From the NCBI GenBank assembly GCA_029887765.1, contig JARXPF010000001.1:488-64487 (forward strand): a stretch of 64,000 nucleotides of DNA, read 5' to 3'. A program made the position numbers and the translations under genes. The notes under the pieces were generated by a model, which was given only the letters and a program-made list of their open reading frames with translations, was not told the DNA's origin and did no database searches. How positions within the stretch are numbered: position 1 is the stretch's first letter; every line of letters begins with the position of its first letter. Below, piece after piece: positions 1 to 9,916 of this stretch. Source of the stretch: Thermoproteota archaeon. Its GTDB lineage: Archaea; Thermoproteota; Methanomethylicia; Methanomethylicales; Methanomethylicaceae.

Positions 1-149
1 TCATAAAGAGAATTGAAAGGTGAACAGGTAGCTTTCTTCGTAACGACCTATAAAGTTCCAGAATCTCATAAAGAGAATTGAAAGATAATGGAAAAAAGCA
101 AAACATATATCTATTAATCATGTAAGAATTTCGTAAAGAGAATTTGAAG
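1..149 (+). CRISPR. End of a CRISPR array: 24-nt repeat GAATCTCATAAAGAGAATTGAAAG with two 41-nt spacers
   Basis: Truncated repeat 1-19, full repeat 61-84, degenerate copy GAATTTCGTAAAGAGAATTTGAAG 126-149 (4 mismatches). Spacers 20-60 and 85-125. The ATTGAAAG 3' end is typical of archaeal repeats. Confidence 0.9.
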
Positions 150-173
150 AACATTATATGAAGGTGAAAATGA

Positions 174-665
174 ATGAACTTTAAAACAGAAGAAATTTCA
201 TTAATAGCAATATTTGCTACTCTTTATGCAGTAGCAGTTATTTCATTAGCACCAATAAGTTTTGGTATATGGCAAATTAGAATAGCTGATATGTTATTAC
301 CACTTTCAATAATTTTTGGAATGCCTTGTACCATAGGATTAAGCTTAGGTTGTTTAATAGCAAATATTTATGGTGGATTAGGAATAATAGATATTCTTGG
401 TGGTACAATTGCAAATTTCTTAGCTTGTCATATAGCATATAAAATAGGAAAAAGAAATGGTATTGTTATAAGATTTCTCAGTACTATTACTCAAACATTT
501 ATTATTACTATTATTGTTGGTGTATATTTGTCATTTTTATTTAATGTACCAATAATTTTTAGTATAATAGGAGTTCTTGTAGGTTCAATTATCTCTATAA
601 ATATATTTGGTTTTATTCTTGAAGAAACTATAAGAAAAATGCCATTAAAAATATTAAGAAAATAA
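174..665 (+). CDS. QueT-family (ECF S-component-like) membrane transporter
   Basis: 163 aa, hydrophobic; LAPISFGIWQIRIAD and GCLIAN...DILGG motifs of the QueT family. Confidence 0.7.
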   Translation: MNFKTEEISLIAIFATLYAVAVISLAPISFGIWQIRIADMLLPLSIIFGMPCTIGLSLGCLIANIYGGLGIIDILGGTIANFLACHIAYKIGKRNGIVIRFLSTITQTFIITIIVGVYLSFLFNVPIIFSIIGVLVGSIISINIFGFILEETIRKMPLKILRK

Positions 666-731
666 AATAAAAATTTATCAAAAACTTTAATATTATACTT
701 TATTTAAAATATTTTGTTTAAAACTTTTAGA

Positions 732-2465
732 TTATTTCTTTAAAACAATTATTGATTCATACTTAATTGATCCTGTACTTGTTTTTTCCAATGGTCTTTT
801 TAAATATAAATCTAATGAAAATCCTATTTTTTCACCCATTTCTATTAAAATTTCATCATTTTTTACTTCAATTATTTCTTCATTTATTTTATAATTATTA
901 TTTCCTATAATTATAGCACATTTTCCATTTTTTTTCAATACTCTATACATTTCATTAAGAACTATTTTCATATCCATATGAAATTTATATGTTCTTAAAG
1001 CAGCATTTTTTCTATGATTAATAAGTTTAGAAATTGTTTCTTTTAAAATTGGAGAACATTCATTAAGATTTATTTCATTTATTTCATAAAATCTTGTATC
1101 TGGATGTCCTATCATTTTTCTTGCTAAATCATTTAATGAAGTTAATTCTAATAATATAAGTTGGAATTTATCATTTTCAATATAATTTATAGCTGTAGAA
1201 TAAGGAGGAGAAGTAACAATAGCATCTATTTCTTCATTATTTATTTGTTTCATATTTCTTGCATCAGTTAAAAAAGTTTTAGAAGATCCTAAATTAATTT
1301 TTAAAAATTCATTTAATTTTTTAAATGTATAAATTCTTAAAAGTATTTTTTTAAATCTTTCTTCAAGAATTTTATTAAAATCTATTTTTCTTCTTCTTAC
1401 AAGATCGCTAATAGATCCACTTAAAATTAAAGTAAAGAATTCTTTTATTTTTTCATTATTAATTTCATTTATTAATTTTTTAGCTAATATTATTTTTTTA
1501 ATATTATCTTCATTAATAGATTTTCTTATGAAAATTGGCAATGATTTAATTTCTATAGACTCAATACTTAATTTTTTATATTTATTAAGAAAATTATTAA
1601 CTTCATTTTTTAATTTTTCATAATCAAAAGATAATATAAAACATTTAACATTTGACATTAATACTGATAATGGATTAATTTCTATACCAATATTATTAAT
1701 TTCCATTAAAGAAGCTTCTAATAAAAGTGTTCCAGATCCTGCAAAATTGTCTAAAACTATGCCATTATTATGAGGATGAACATAATTTAAAAGAGCTCTA
1801 CACATTTTTGCATGAAATTTTCCTTTATATGGATGAATATAATGAGTGAGATAAAGAGATTCTTCTTCTCTTATAGCAAAATAATCTTGTAATCTTTTTC
1901 CAATTTTCATAGTAGTAGAAGAAGGAATTCTATAAATTTCTTTTATTGGAAAATTCATTAAAATTTCTATATTTTTATCAATTTCTTCTTCATTTCTACT
2001 TAATTTATTTATATATTCAGATTTTTCAAGAAAATATTGATGAGTTATGAATCTAAAAAGTATAAAATCATTTTTAATCCAAAATTGAGTATTTTTATCA
2101 ATAATTCCATTAGGAAAGATTTTCATTAATAATAAATTTGGATTTTCTTTAGACTTTATTATTAAGAAAATTTCTCTAGTATATGCAAGTCTTTTTATTA
2201 ATAATGAAATATCTTGAATAATATTTCTATAGCAATAAAATCCATGAAATTTTCCATAAGGAAGTTCATATGTAAAAATATCTTGAATTCTTAAATTATT
2301 ATTTAAGAAAAAAGAGAATGGCTCTTTTATTAAAATATCAATTACATTTCTTACTTTTTCAATATTACCAAATAAAGATTTTAATTCAAGTTCAGCTAAT
2401 TCAACTTCATGTTCTTCTTTTATATTATTAAATAATTTAAAGAAATAATGTAATTCCATTGTCAT
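732..2465 (-). CDS. Amino-methyltransferase (N4-cytosine/N6-adenine type, alpha motif order) with N-terminal extension
   Basis: THYIHPYKGKF, motif I DNFAGSGT, motif IV TSPPY; no adjacent endonuclease. Confidence 0.75.
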   Translation of the reverse strand: MTMELHYFFKLFNNIKEEHEVELAELELKSLFGNIEKVRNVIDILIKEPFSFFLNNNLRIQDIFTYELPYGKFHGFYCYRNIIQDISLLIKRLAYTREIFLIIKSKENPNLLLMKIFPNGIIDKNTQFWIKNDFILFRFITHQYFLEKSEYINKLSRNEEEIDKNIEILMNFPIKEIYRIPSSTTMKIGKRLQDYFAIREEESLYLTHYIHPYKGKFHAKMCRALLNYVHPHNNGIVLDNFAGSGTLLLEASLMEINNIGIEINPLSVLMSNVKCFILSFDYEKLKNEVNNFLNKYKKLSIESIEIKSLPIFIRKSINEDNIKKIILAKKLINEINNEKIKEFFTLILSGSISDLVRRRKIDFNKILEERFKKILLRIYTFKKLNEFLKINLGSSKTFLTDARNMKQINNEEIDAIVTSPPYSTAINYIENDKFQLILLELTSLNDLARKMIGHPDTRFYEINEINLNECSPILKETISKLINHRKNAALRTYKFHMDMKIVLNEMYRVLKKNGKCAIIIGNNNYKINEEIIEVKNDEILIEMGEKIGFSLDLYLKRPLEKTSTGSIKYESIIVLKK

Positions 2466-2548
2466 TTTATATGTTTATTTCTTTTTTATATTTTACTTTA
2501 TTATTTATTTAGTAAAAAATAAATTTTAGTATAAATTCTAAAGACTTT

Positions 2549-3409
2549 ATGAAATTTGCTACATGTGAATATAAAGGTAAGACATTTCCATGTGTAATAA
2601 AAAATAATATAGCAATAAAAATTTCATATATTTTAAATATTGAAATGAAAGATTTATTACCATTTATAGAAATAGCTAATGAAGAAATATTGAAAAAAAT
2701 TGAGAATGAAATTAATAATAAAGAAATAGATAATGAAAATATATTTAAAATAAGTGATTTAAAATTAAGAGCACCAATATTACGTCCTCCTGCAATATTT
2801 TGTTTAGGATTTAATTATAGAGCACATGCTCCTGAATTAAAAAGACCAATACCAGAAGAGCCAATTGTATTTATGAAGCCTTCTATAAGTGTAATTGGTC
2901 CTGATGATTATATTATTTTACCAAAAATATCAAAAAGAGTAGATTATGAAGTTGAATTAGCTATTATTATTGGAAAAAAAGGAAGATATATAAAGAAAGA
3001 AGATGCTTATGATTATATTTTTGGATATACAATTTTAAATGATATAACTGCTAGAGATATACAAGAAAAAGATTTTTCACTTTCAAGACCATGGTTAAGA
3101 TCAAAGGGGTTTGATACTTTTGCTCCTATTGGTCCATATATTGTAACAAAAGATGAAATAGGTCGTAATGTTGAATTAGATTTAGAATTAAGAGTAAATG
3201 GTGAAATAAGACAAAAATCAAATACAAAAGAAATGATTTTTGATGTTTATACAATTATAGAATATATATCTTCTTTTACAACTTTAGAACCTGGAACAAT
3301 AATAGCAACTGGAACACCAGAGAAAATTGGACAATTAAAAGATGGAGATATTGTAGAAGCATATATAGAAAAAATAGGAATATTAAGAAATAAAGTGATT
3401 AAAGAATGA
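2549..3409 (+). CDS. Fumarylacetoacetate hydrolase family protein
   Basis: GFNYRAH, DYEVEL, NDITARD, KGFDTFAPIGP, TGTP motifs. Confidence 0.9.
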   Translation: MKFATCEYKGKTFPCVIKNNIAIKISYILNIEMKDLLPFIEIANEEILKKIENEINNKEIDNENIFKISDLKLRAPILRPPAIFCLGFNYRAHAPELKRPIPEEPIVFMKPSISVIGPDDYIILPKISKRVDYEVELAIIIGKKGRYIKKEDAYDYIFGYTILNDITARDIQEKDFSLSRPWLRSKGFDTFAPIGPYIVTKDEIGRNVELDLELRVNGEIRQKSNTKEMIFDVYTIIEYISSFTTLEPGTIIATGTPEKIGQLKDGDIVEAYIEKIGILRNKVIKE

Positions 3410-4074
3410 AAATAAGAGAAATTGGAATTATAGCAATGTTTTCATCTATTTATGCTATTATAAGTTTATTACCAGGATTTCAAGTTATTGGATTACCAGG
3501 ATTAGATATAAAAATTACAAGATCTTTAGAATCAATTTATGGAATTATTTTAGGACCATTTTTAGGACCATTATCAGCTTTTATTGGAGCAATTATAGGA
3601 AGAATTATAATAGGTGGAGGAATAGGAATATTATTTACTCCATTAGCATTTATTTCATCTTTTATTACAGGATATATTACATGGAAAAAAAATTGGAAAA
3701 TTCCAACAATTATATTTTTAATAATAATAATTTTATGGTATATAATTATTGGAATTCAAATACCATATTATGCAATTCCTCATATTATAGGATTAATTAT
3801 TTTACCATTATTTAATAATAAAATTTATAATTTTTTAATTTCTAATAAGAAAAGAGAAATATTTATTGGATTAATATTAATATCATATTCTTCAACTATG
3901 GCAGGTCATATGTTAGGGAATATAATATTTACAATTCTTATAAATCCATCACCAATGCTTTTTCTTACAACACTTCCTCTTACAATTATTGAAAGAATAA
4001 TAATAACATTATTTTCTGCAATTTTAGGCACTCCAATAGTAATTATAATTAAGAAATTTTTTCCAATTCATTAA
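3406..4074 (+). CDS. ECF transporter S-component-like membrane protein
   Basis: Multi-TM protein with GIILGPFLG and ER motif near C-terminus; ATGA overlap with upstream gene. Confidence 0.6.
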   Translation: MKIREIGIIAMFSSIYAIISLLPGFQVIGLPGLDIKITRSLESIYGIILGPFLGPLSAFIGAIIGRIIIGGGIGILFTPLAFISSFITGYITWKKNWKIPTIIFLIIIILWYIIIGIQIPYYAIPHIIGLIILPLFNNKIYNFLISNKKREIFIGLILISYSSTMAGHMLGNIIFTILINPSPMLFLTTLPLTIIERIIITLFSAILGTPIVIIIKKFFPIH

Positions 4075-4597
4075 TAATTTCATTTAAAGAAGTAATTTTT
4101 GCATTATAAACAAATTCTAAATATTTTAATCCTTGTTCATGATCTTCTTGTGTAAATGCTTCTACACAATCTTTTACAATAATTATTTTATAACCTCTAA
4201 AAAATGCATCTGCTGCTGTATGTTTTATACAAATATTTGTATGAATTCCTGTTAAAATTAAAGTATTAATTTTTAAACTTTTTAATAAAGGTTCTAATCC
4301 TGTTTCATAAAAACTACTATATGTATGTTTTTCTATAATAAAGTCTTTTTCACTTGGTTTTAATTCAGGAATAATTTCAGCTCCTTTAGTACCTTTTAAT
4401 GCATGTGGACCCCATTTATTAATAATTTCAAAATCTATTTCATAATGAGCATCATTACAATAAATAATTGGAATATTTTTCTTTCTTGCTAATTCTAATA
4501 ATTTTTGAATATTAGGAATAATTTTATTAGCTCTTTCACATTTTAAACTTCCTTTAATAAAATCATTTAACATATCAATTACAAGTATAGCATACAT
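4049..4597 (-). CDS. Isochorismatase/nicotinamidase-family cysteine hydrolase
   Basis: VIDMLNDF, K..YSSF, TGIHTNICI motifs. Confidence 0.9.
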   Translation of the reverse strand: MYAILVIDMLNDFIKGSLKCERANKIIPNIQKLLELARKKNIPIIYCNDAHYEIDFEIINKWGPHALKGTKGAEIIPELKPSEKDFIIEKHTYSSFYETGLEPLLKSLKINTLILTGIHTNICIKHTAADAFFRGYKIIIVKDCVEAFTQEDHEQGLKYLEFVYNAKITSLNEIINELEKIS

Positions 4598-4689
4598 AAA
4601 GTATTATTAAATAATTCAATATTAAAAATTTTCACATAAAAAAATTTTTCACATAAATTTAAATATTAATATTATAAAAATAAAAAGAT

Positions 4690-5439
4690 ATGAAAAAGCA
4701 AGTAGCTACTTCTTTTTCTGTAATATTTTTAATATTATTTTATGCTTTTCAAAATTATTATCCTCATATTATGTATTTATTTTCTAATATTTTTCCAATA
4801 TTTATTAGTGGAGTAGCATTATTTTCTGCATTTTTAGCATTAAAAAAATATTATGGTAAATTTGGTTCAAGATTTTCTATTATATGGATTGGAATATTCA
4901 TTGGATTAATATTTTGGTTTTTAGGAGAATTTACATGGGGGATATGTGCACTATTTTCAAGTAGTGAAATTCCATATCCATCTATTGCAGATGTTTTTTG
5001 GATTATTGGATATATACCAATATTATTTGGACTATTATTATATACTGAAACTTTTAGAAAAATAATTCCAAATATTCGTATAATTGGAATTACAGTTTTA
5101 ACAATGGTATTTATAATTTCAATAATTTCTATATTTATGCCAATTATTATTTTTGAAGAAAATTTAATAAAATTAATATTTGATTTAGCATATCCTATTT
5201 TAGATATGTTATTAATATATGCTGCTTTATTAGGAATAGCCATATTTTTTAAAGGTAAAATATGGAAAATTTGGATTATGTTATGTTTAGGATTTATATG
5301 TTATGGAATAGCTGATATATTATTTAGTTATACTACAATAATTGGAATTTATTATTATGGAAATCCTCTTGAAATATTATTTCATTTAGGATATATATTA
5401 TTAGCATTAGCATTTCATGAACATATAAAAGAATTTTGA
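4690..5439 (+). CDS. Multi-pass membrane protein resembling sensory membrane domains
   Basis: About 8 TM segments, PYPSIADVFW and LAYPILD motifs; no cytoplasmic output domain. Confidence 0.55.
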   Translation: MKKQVATSFSVIFLILFYAFQNYYPHIMYLFSNIFPIFISGVALFSAFLALKKYYGKFGSRFSIIWIGIFIGLIFWFLGEFTWGICALFSSSEIPYPSIADVFWIIGYIPILFGLLLYTETFRKIIPNIRIIGITVLTMVFIISIISIFMPIIIFEENLIKLIFDLAYPILDMLLIYAALLGIAIFFKGKIWKIWIMLCLGFICYGIADILFSYTTIIGIYYYGNPLEILFHLGYILLALAFHEHIKEF

Positions 5440-5448
5440 GGTGATTAA

Positions 5449-5862
5449 ATGAAAATATTTTTTAAAGAATTATTATTAAATACAAAAAAGAGAAGAGAAA
5501 TAATTGATATAACTAAAGAAGTTGAAAAAATAGTAAATGATAGTGAAATTGAAAATGGTATGTGTATTGTATATTCAATGCATTCAACAACAGCTATAAT
5601 AATAAATGAAAAAGAAGAAGGGCTTATGGAAGATATTATAAATAAAATAAATGAAGATTATCCAAGAAATGGAAAATGGTTTCATAATAGAATTGATGAT
5701 AATGCAGATGCACATTTAGCAGGAGCATTTATAGGACCTTCAATAACAATTCCAATAAGAGAAAGAAGGCTATGTTTAGGTACTTGGCAAAATTTATTCT
5801 TTTTAGAACTTGATGGACCAAGAATTGGAAGAAAAGTCATTATTGAAGTTTTAGGTTTATAA
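5449..5862 (+). CDS. YjbQ/UPF0047 family protein
   Basis: HSTTAIIINE, NADAHL, LGTWQ..FLELDGPR motifs. Confidence 0.9.
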   Translation: MKIFFKELLLNTKKRREIIDITKEVEKIVNDSEIENGMCIVYSMHSTTAIIINEKEEGLMEDIINKINEDYPRNGKWFHNRIDDNADAHLAGAFIGPSITIPIRERRLCLGTWQNLFFLELDGPRIGRKVIIEVLGL

Positions 5863-6613
5863 TTTTCATAAATTTAATTGCATCTTCAATCATTTTTATA
5901 TTATTAAACATTACATAAAATATTTCAGCATTAATTTTCATTATAATATTATAAAGTTTATTTAAATCTTCATTAGTATAAACATAGCGATAATTAGTTT
6001 CTTTTCCACCTATTCCATGAAGTCTAAAATATATAATATTTGATTCTATAGAAGGAAGTCTTCTAAAAGGATCTACTACATGAATTAAATTAAGTTCTTT
6101 ACAAATATTTGCTATAATATCACTATTCCAATCTCCTCTTGGTTCCCATCCTAGTATTAAATCTTCTCTATTTATAGAAGAAAGGAATTTCTTCATATTT
6201 TCTATATTATCTTTAGAAGGATTAAAACTAGGAGGGGTTTGAATTATTATTATTTTTGATTTAAGTATTTTACAAATTTTAATTATTTCTTCCCATGCTT
6301 TAAAATTCTCTTCAGTAGGTTTTAAATAACCAAAATTTTCAATTTTTCCCCATTTAGGTGGAGTAGATTTTTTCCAAGTTGGACTATTATATGGATGAGT
6401 TATTACTTGCCATGCTTTTATTATAAATTCAAAATTTTTTGGACTTTCTAATCTATATTTTTCTAATGTTTCAATTTTTGGTAATTTATAAAAAGTTTCT
6501 TGAAGTTCAATACAAGAAAATGTTTCATAATATTTAGATTTTTTACCTCCCCATCCACATGTTCCTATTTTTATTTCTTTTTGAAATTCTTTATTTATTT
6601 GGAAAACCCCCAT
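5840..6613 (-). CDS. DUF72 family protein
   Basis: IGTCGW, ELQETFY, QTPPSF, WEPRG, YFRLHG, FNN motifs; true start may be slightly downstream. Confidence 0.85.
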   Translation of the reverse strand: MGVFQINKEFQKEIKIGTCGWGGKKSKYYETFSCIELQETFYKLPKIETLEKYRLESPKNFEFIIKAWQVITHPYNSPTWKKSTPPKWGKIENFGYLKPTEENFKAWEEIIKICKILKSKIIIIQTPPSFNPSKDNIENMKKFLSSINREDLILGWEPRGDWNSDIIANICKELNLIHVVDPFRRLPSIESNIIYFRLHGIGGKETNYRYVYTNEDLNKLYNIIMKINAEIFYVMFNNIKMIEDAIKFMKIINLKLQ

Positions 6614-8102
6614 ATTTTTCTCTTAATACTCTTCTAAGTATTTTCCATGCATTCATTTTTGGAAGTTCATTTAAAAATATTATGTATTTTGGAATTTTAT
6701 AATTTGCAATTTTATCTTTACAAAATTCAATTATTTCTTCTGAAGTAGCATTTTCACCTGATTTTAAAACTATAGCAGCAGCTGGAACTTCTCCTCTTCT
6801 TTCATCATATTTACTAAATACAGCAACTTCAGCAACTTTAGGATGTTTAAGAATTACTTCTTCTACTTCATTTGGATATATTTTCCAACCAGACATTATT
6901 ATAACATCTTTTTTTCTTGTAGTTATATAAAGCACTCCATCTTCATCAATATATCCTAAATCTCCTGTTAAAAACCAACCATCTTCAAGAAAAGATTTTT
7001 TTGTTTCTTCTGGATTCATCCAATATCCTTTTGCAACACCTGGTCCTCTTATAGCAATTTCACCTATTTCACCAATAGGAAGTTTTATTTTTGGATTATT
7101 TGGATCAACAATTTTTATTTCAGTATAACCTATTGGAAGTCCTACACTTTTAAAATTCTTAGATAAATATTGATATCTATATGGAACTGCAGTTCCAGAA
7201 CCTAAAACTAATGTTTCAGAAAGTCCATAAGCATTAACAACTTTAATATTAGGAAATCTTTTTGAAAAATCTCTCCATATTTTTTCAGGTGTAGTAGCCC
7301 CTCCAGTTATTATACATCTTACACTATTTAAATAATCTTCAATATTTAATGGAGAATATGCTAATTCATAAAGTACAGGGGGCATTCCTGAAATTATTGT
7401 TGCTTTATATTCTTTAATTAATTTTAAAAAATCTTTTAAATTATAACGTTCCATGATAATAAAAGTTGCACCATATCTAATTGCAGTAATACCCCAACTT
7501 ACACCAACATGAAAATGAGGATAGAATCCTAAATATATATCATTTTCATTAAGTTCTAAAGCCCATTTTTCAGCTTCTACAGCAGCCATCCAATTTCCAT
7601 GAGTTAGAATTGCTCCTTTAGGTTTTCCAGTAGTACCTGAAGTAAATTGAATTTGACATATTTCATCAATAGAAACATTTTCTGGAGAAAAATCAATTTT
7701 TTCATTTAAATTTTTTATATCTAATGGAATTTTAATAATATCATTTTTAATAATATCATTAAAATTATTTAATAAATCTTCACTTGTAATAATTGCTTTT
7801 GGTTTAGAAATATCTATTATATTAGAAATTTCAAGAATTTTATAATCTGGATTTATTGGTATAGCTATAGCACCTATTCTCCAAATAGCAAAATATGAAA
7901 TTATAGTCTCTGGCTTACTTCCTGTAGCTATTATTATTCTATCTCCTTTTTCAATTCCAATTTTTTTTAAATTATAAGAAAGAGAATTTACTTTATTTAA
8001 TAATGATTTATAATCAATGCAATAATTATTCTTAGAATCAATAATAGCTATTTTTTCACCATAATAAGAAGCATTTACTTCTAAAAAAGAAGTGAAGTTC
8101 AT
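6591..8102 (-). CDS. AMP-forming acyl-CoA synthetase (class I adenylate-forming enzyme)
   Basis: FTSGTTGKPKG, YGLSET, TGDLG and C-terminal KILRR motifs. Confidence 0.9.
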   Translation of the reverse strand: MNFTSFLEVNASYYGEKIAIIDSKNNYCIDYKSLLNKVNSLSYNLKKIGIEKGDRIIIATGSKPETIISYFAIWRIGAIAIPINPDYKILEISNIIDISKPKAIITSEDLLNNFNDIIKNDIIKIPLDIKNLNEKIDFSPENVSIDEICQIQFTSGTTGKPKGAILTHGNWMAAVEAEKWALELNENDIYLGFYPHFHVGVSWGITAIRYGATFIIMERYNLKDFLKLIKEYKATIISGMPPVLYELAYSPLNIEDYLNSVRCIITGGATTPEKIWRDFSKRFPNIKVVNAYGLSETLVLGSGTAVPYRYQYLSKNFKSVGLPIGYTEIKIVDPNNPKIKLPIGEIGEIAIRGPGVAKGYWMNPEETKKSFLEDGWFLTGDLGYIDEDGVLYITTRKKDVIIMSGWKIYPNEVEEVILKHPKVAEVAVFSKYDERRGEVPAAAIVLKSGENATSEEIIEFCKDKIANYKIPKYIIFLNELPKMNAWKILRRVLREKYGGFPNK

Positions 8103-8106
8103 TATA

Positions 8107-9624
8107 TCACCCTAGTCTTTTTAATACTTCAATAGAAGGTTTTTTTGTAAATAAACTTACTATAAAGAATATAGGAATAGAAATTGCTAAAGCAGGTATT
8201 ACTGGATATATCCATGCTATTATAGGAGGAGCCCATGTTGATTTATATATAAATAAGAACCAAGTTAAGCCTACAATTAAGCCAGATAGCATTGATGAAA
8301 TTGCACCTAATTTTGTAGCACCTTTCCAATATAATCCTATAGTAACTGGTCCAAGAAAACAAGCAAATATAGTTCCAAAAGCAGCACCTACAATTTCTAC
8401 TATAATTCCTGTTTGAATTAAAGTTAATAATAATGATATTATTGCAAAAATTATTGGAGAAATTCTAGCAATTATTAATAATTTTTCTTCTTTTATATTT
8501 GGATTAATGGATTTTATAATATCTTTTGATAATGCAGCAGAAAGTACAATTAATGTTACTGCTAATGTTGACATAGAAGCAGCTACAGGTGCAGCTAAAA
8601 TAATTCCTTTAATACCTGATGGAGCAATTATTTCTATAGTTTTAGGAATTACCCAATCTGTATCTTTTAATAAAGAAAGAACACCAGTTTTCCCTATTTT
8701 ATCATCAATTATTAAATGACAAAAAGCACCTAAAGAAAACATTAAAAATGCATATAAAGCTACAAGTATTGGTCCAATTATTCTTCCTCTATTTATTACT
8801 TTTATATTTTTAGCAGTATAAAATTGCATTAATAAACTTGGAAGAGCAATTTGAGCTACACTTATGGAAAAAGTAACACTCATTATTAATAATGGAACCA
8901 TTCCAACATTCATTGCTGGTGGTGGTCCCATTCCATTAAATTTAAGCCAAAGTTCTCCAGAAATAGAATCTGCAATTTTCATTTGACTTAATTTTTCTAA
9001 ACCAATTATTGGTCCACCTACATTACTCATTATTAATCCAAATGTTATAATTGCTGAAATTAACATTAATAATCCAAGAAATAAATTTGTTAAAGCTGCA
9101 GCTCTAAAACCTCCAATACAAATGTAAATAATTACTGGAATTGTTAATAAAATTAATCCAATTTCGAAATTTGTATTTAATACCATGGCTAATATAATTG
9201 CCCCTCCTTTATAAACACTTGTTAAATATAATGTGAATAAAAATATTATTACAATTGCAGATACAATTTTTGCAAATTTACTTTCATATCTATTTTCAAT
9301 AAAATCAGGTATACTCATTATTCCAGTTTTTGAAGCATAATTAAAGAGTCTTCTACTTACTAAAATCCACATTAAAACTACACCAATTATATGCCATGCT
9401 GTAAGCCATGCTCCAAATCCTAAATTATAAAGATAAGTTGCTCCCCCTCCACCTAAAAAAGAAGCAGCACTAAAATAAGTAGCCATAAGAGAAAAAGCTA
9501 AAACCCAAGGTCCAAGTCCTTTATCTGCTAAGAAAAATCCACTTAAGGATTCTTTCATTTTATAACCTTTTAATCCTATTATAATTACAATAATAATTAT
9601 TGCTAAAATTATCAATACATCCAT
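8107..9624 (-). CDS. Sodium:solute symporter (SSS) family protein
   Basis: About 13 TM; ATYFSAASFLGG, DFIENRY, AASMST, GLYWK motifs; ATG 9624 follows SD GAGGTG (ORF track uses GTG 9633). Confidence 0.9.
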   Translation of the reverse strand: MDVLIILAIIIIVIIIGLKGYKMKESLSGFFLADKGLGPWVLAFSLMATYFSAASFLGGGGATYLYNLGFGAWLTAWHIIGVVLMWILVSRRLFNYASKTGIMSIPDFIENRYESKFAKIVSAIVIIFLFTLYLTSVYKGGAIILAMVLNTNFEIGLILLTIPVIIYICIGGFRAAALTNLFLGLLMLISAIITFGLIMSNVGGPIIGLEKLSQMKIADSISGELWLKFNGMGPPPAMNVGMVPLLIMSVTFSISVAQIALPSLLMQFYTAKNIKVINRGRIIGPILVALYAFLMFSLGAFCHLIIDDKIGKTGVLSLLKDTDWVIPKTIEIIAPSGIKGIILAAPVAASMSTLAVTLIVLSAALSKDIIKSINPNIKEEKLLIIARISPIIFAIISLLLTLIQTGIIVEIVGAAFGTIFACFLGPVTIGLYWKGATKLGAISSMLSGLIVGLTWFLFIYKSTWAPPIIAWIYPVIPALAISIPIFFIVSLFTKKPSIEVLKRLG

Positions 9625-9625
9625 A

Positions 9626-9721
9626 TTATTCACCTCTTAATTCTTTATAAATACCATAAGTAATTCCAATAATAAGAGTAATAATTCCAATTACATAACC
9701 ACTTATTATTAAAGCATCCAT
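9626..9721 (-). CDS. 31-aa single-TM symporter-associated microprotein (MDALIISGYVIGIITLIIGITYGIYKELRGE)
   Basis: Read directly from sequence: AGGTG SD, ATG 9721, TAA 9628-9626, 1 nt before the SSS start; not in ORF track. Confidence 0.75.
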   Translation of the reverse strand: MDALIISGYVIGIITLIIGITYGIYKELRGE

Positions 9722-9771
9722 TTTTAACACCTAAGCAAAAATGTTTAGAAAAGTTTCTTTTAAATCATTTG

Positions 9772-9803
9772 TGTACATATATGTTCATAAAAGCATTTAT
9801 AAA
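9772..9803 (-). promoter_or_regulatory. TATA box (TTTATAAA 9796-9803) with downstream imperfect palindrome TGTACATA/TATGTTCA (9772-9787)
   Basis: Position upstream of the microprotein-SSS-ligase operon; 7/8 dyad symmetry. Confidence 0.4.
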
Positions 9804-9916
9804 AATATATAATAATCTTCAGAATAGTGATGGAAAAAATGAATACTTTTGTACAAAATAATTAAAAAGTAAATTAAAAATTTAACCTCAATGAATATAT
9901 AATTCAAGGTGAGAAA

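Noticed and set aside
150..2465. cas genes or a defence island next to the CRISPR array
   Set aside because: Flanking ORFs are a QueT-like transporter and a methyltransferase; no Cas motifs were recognised.
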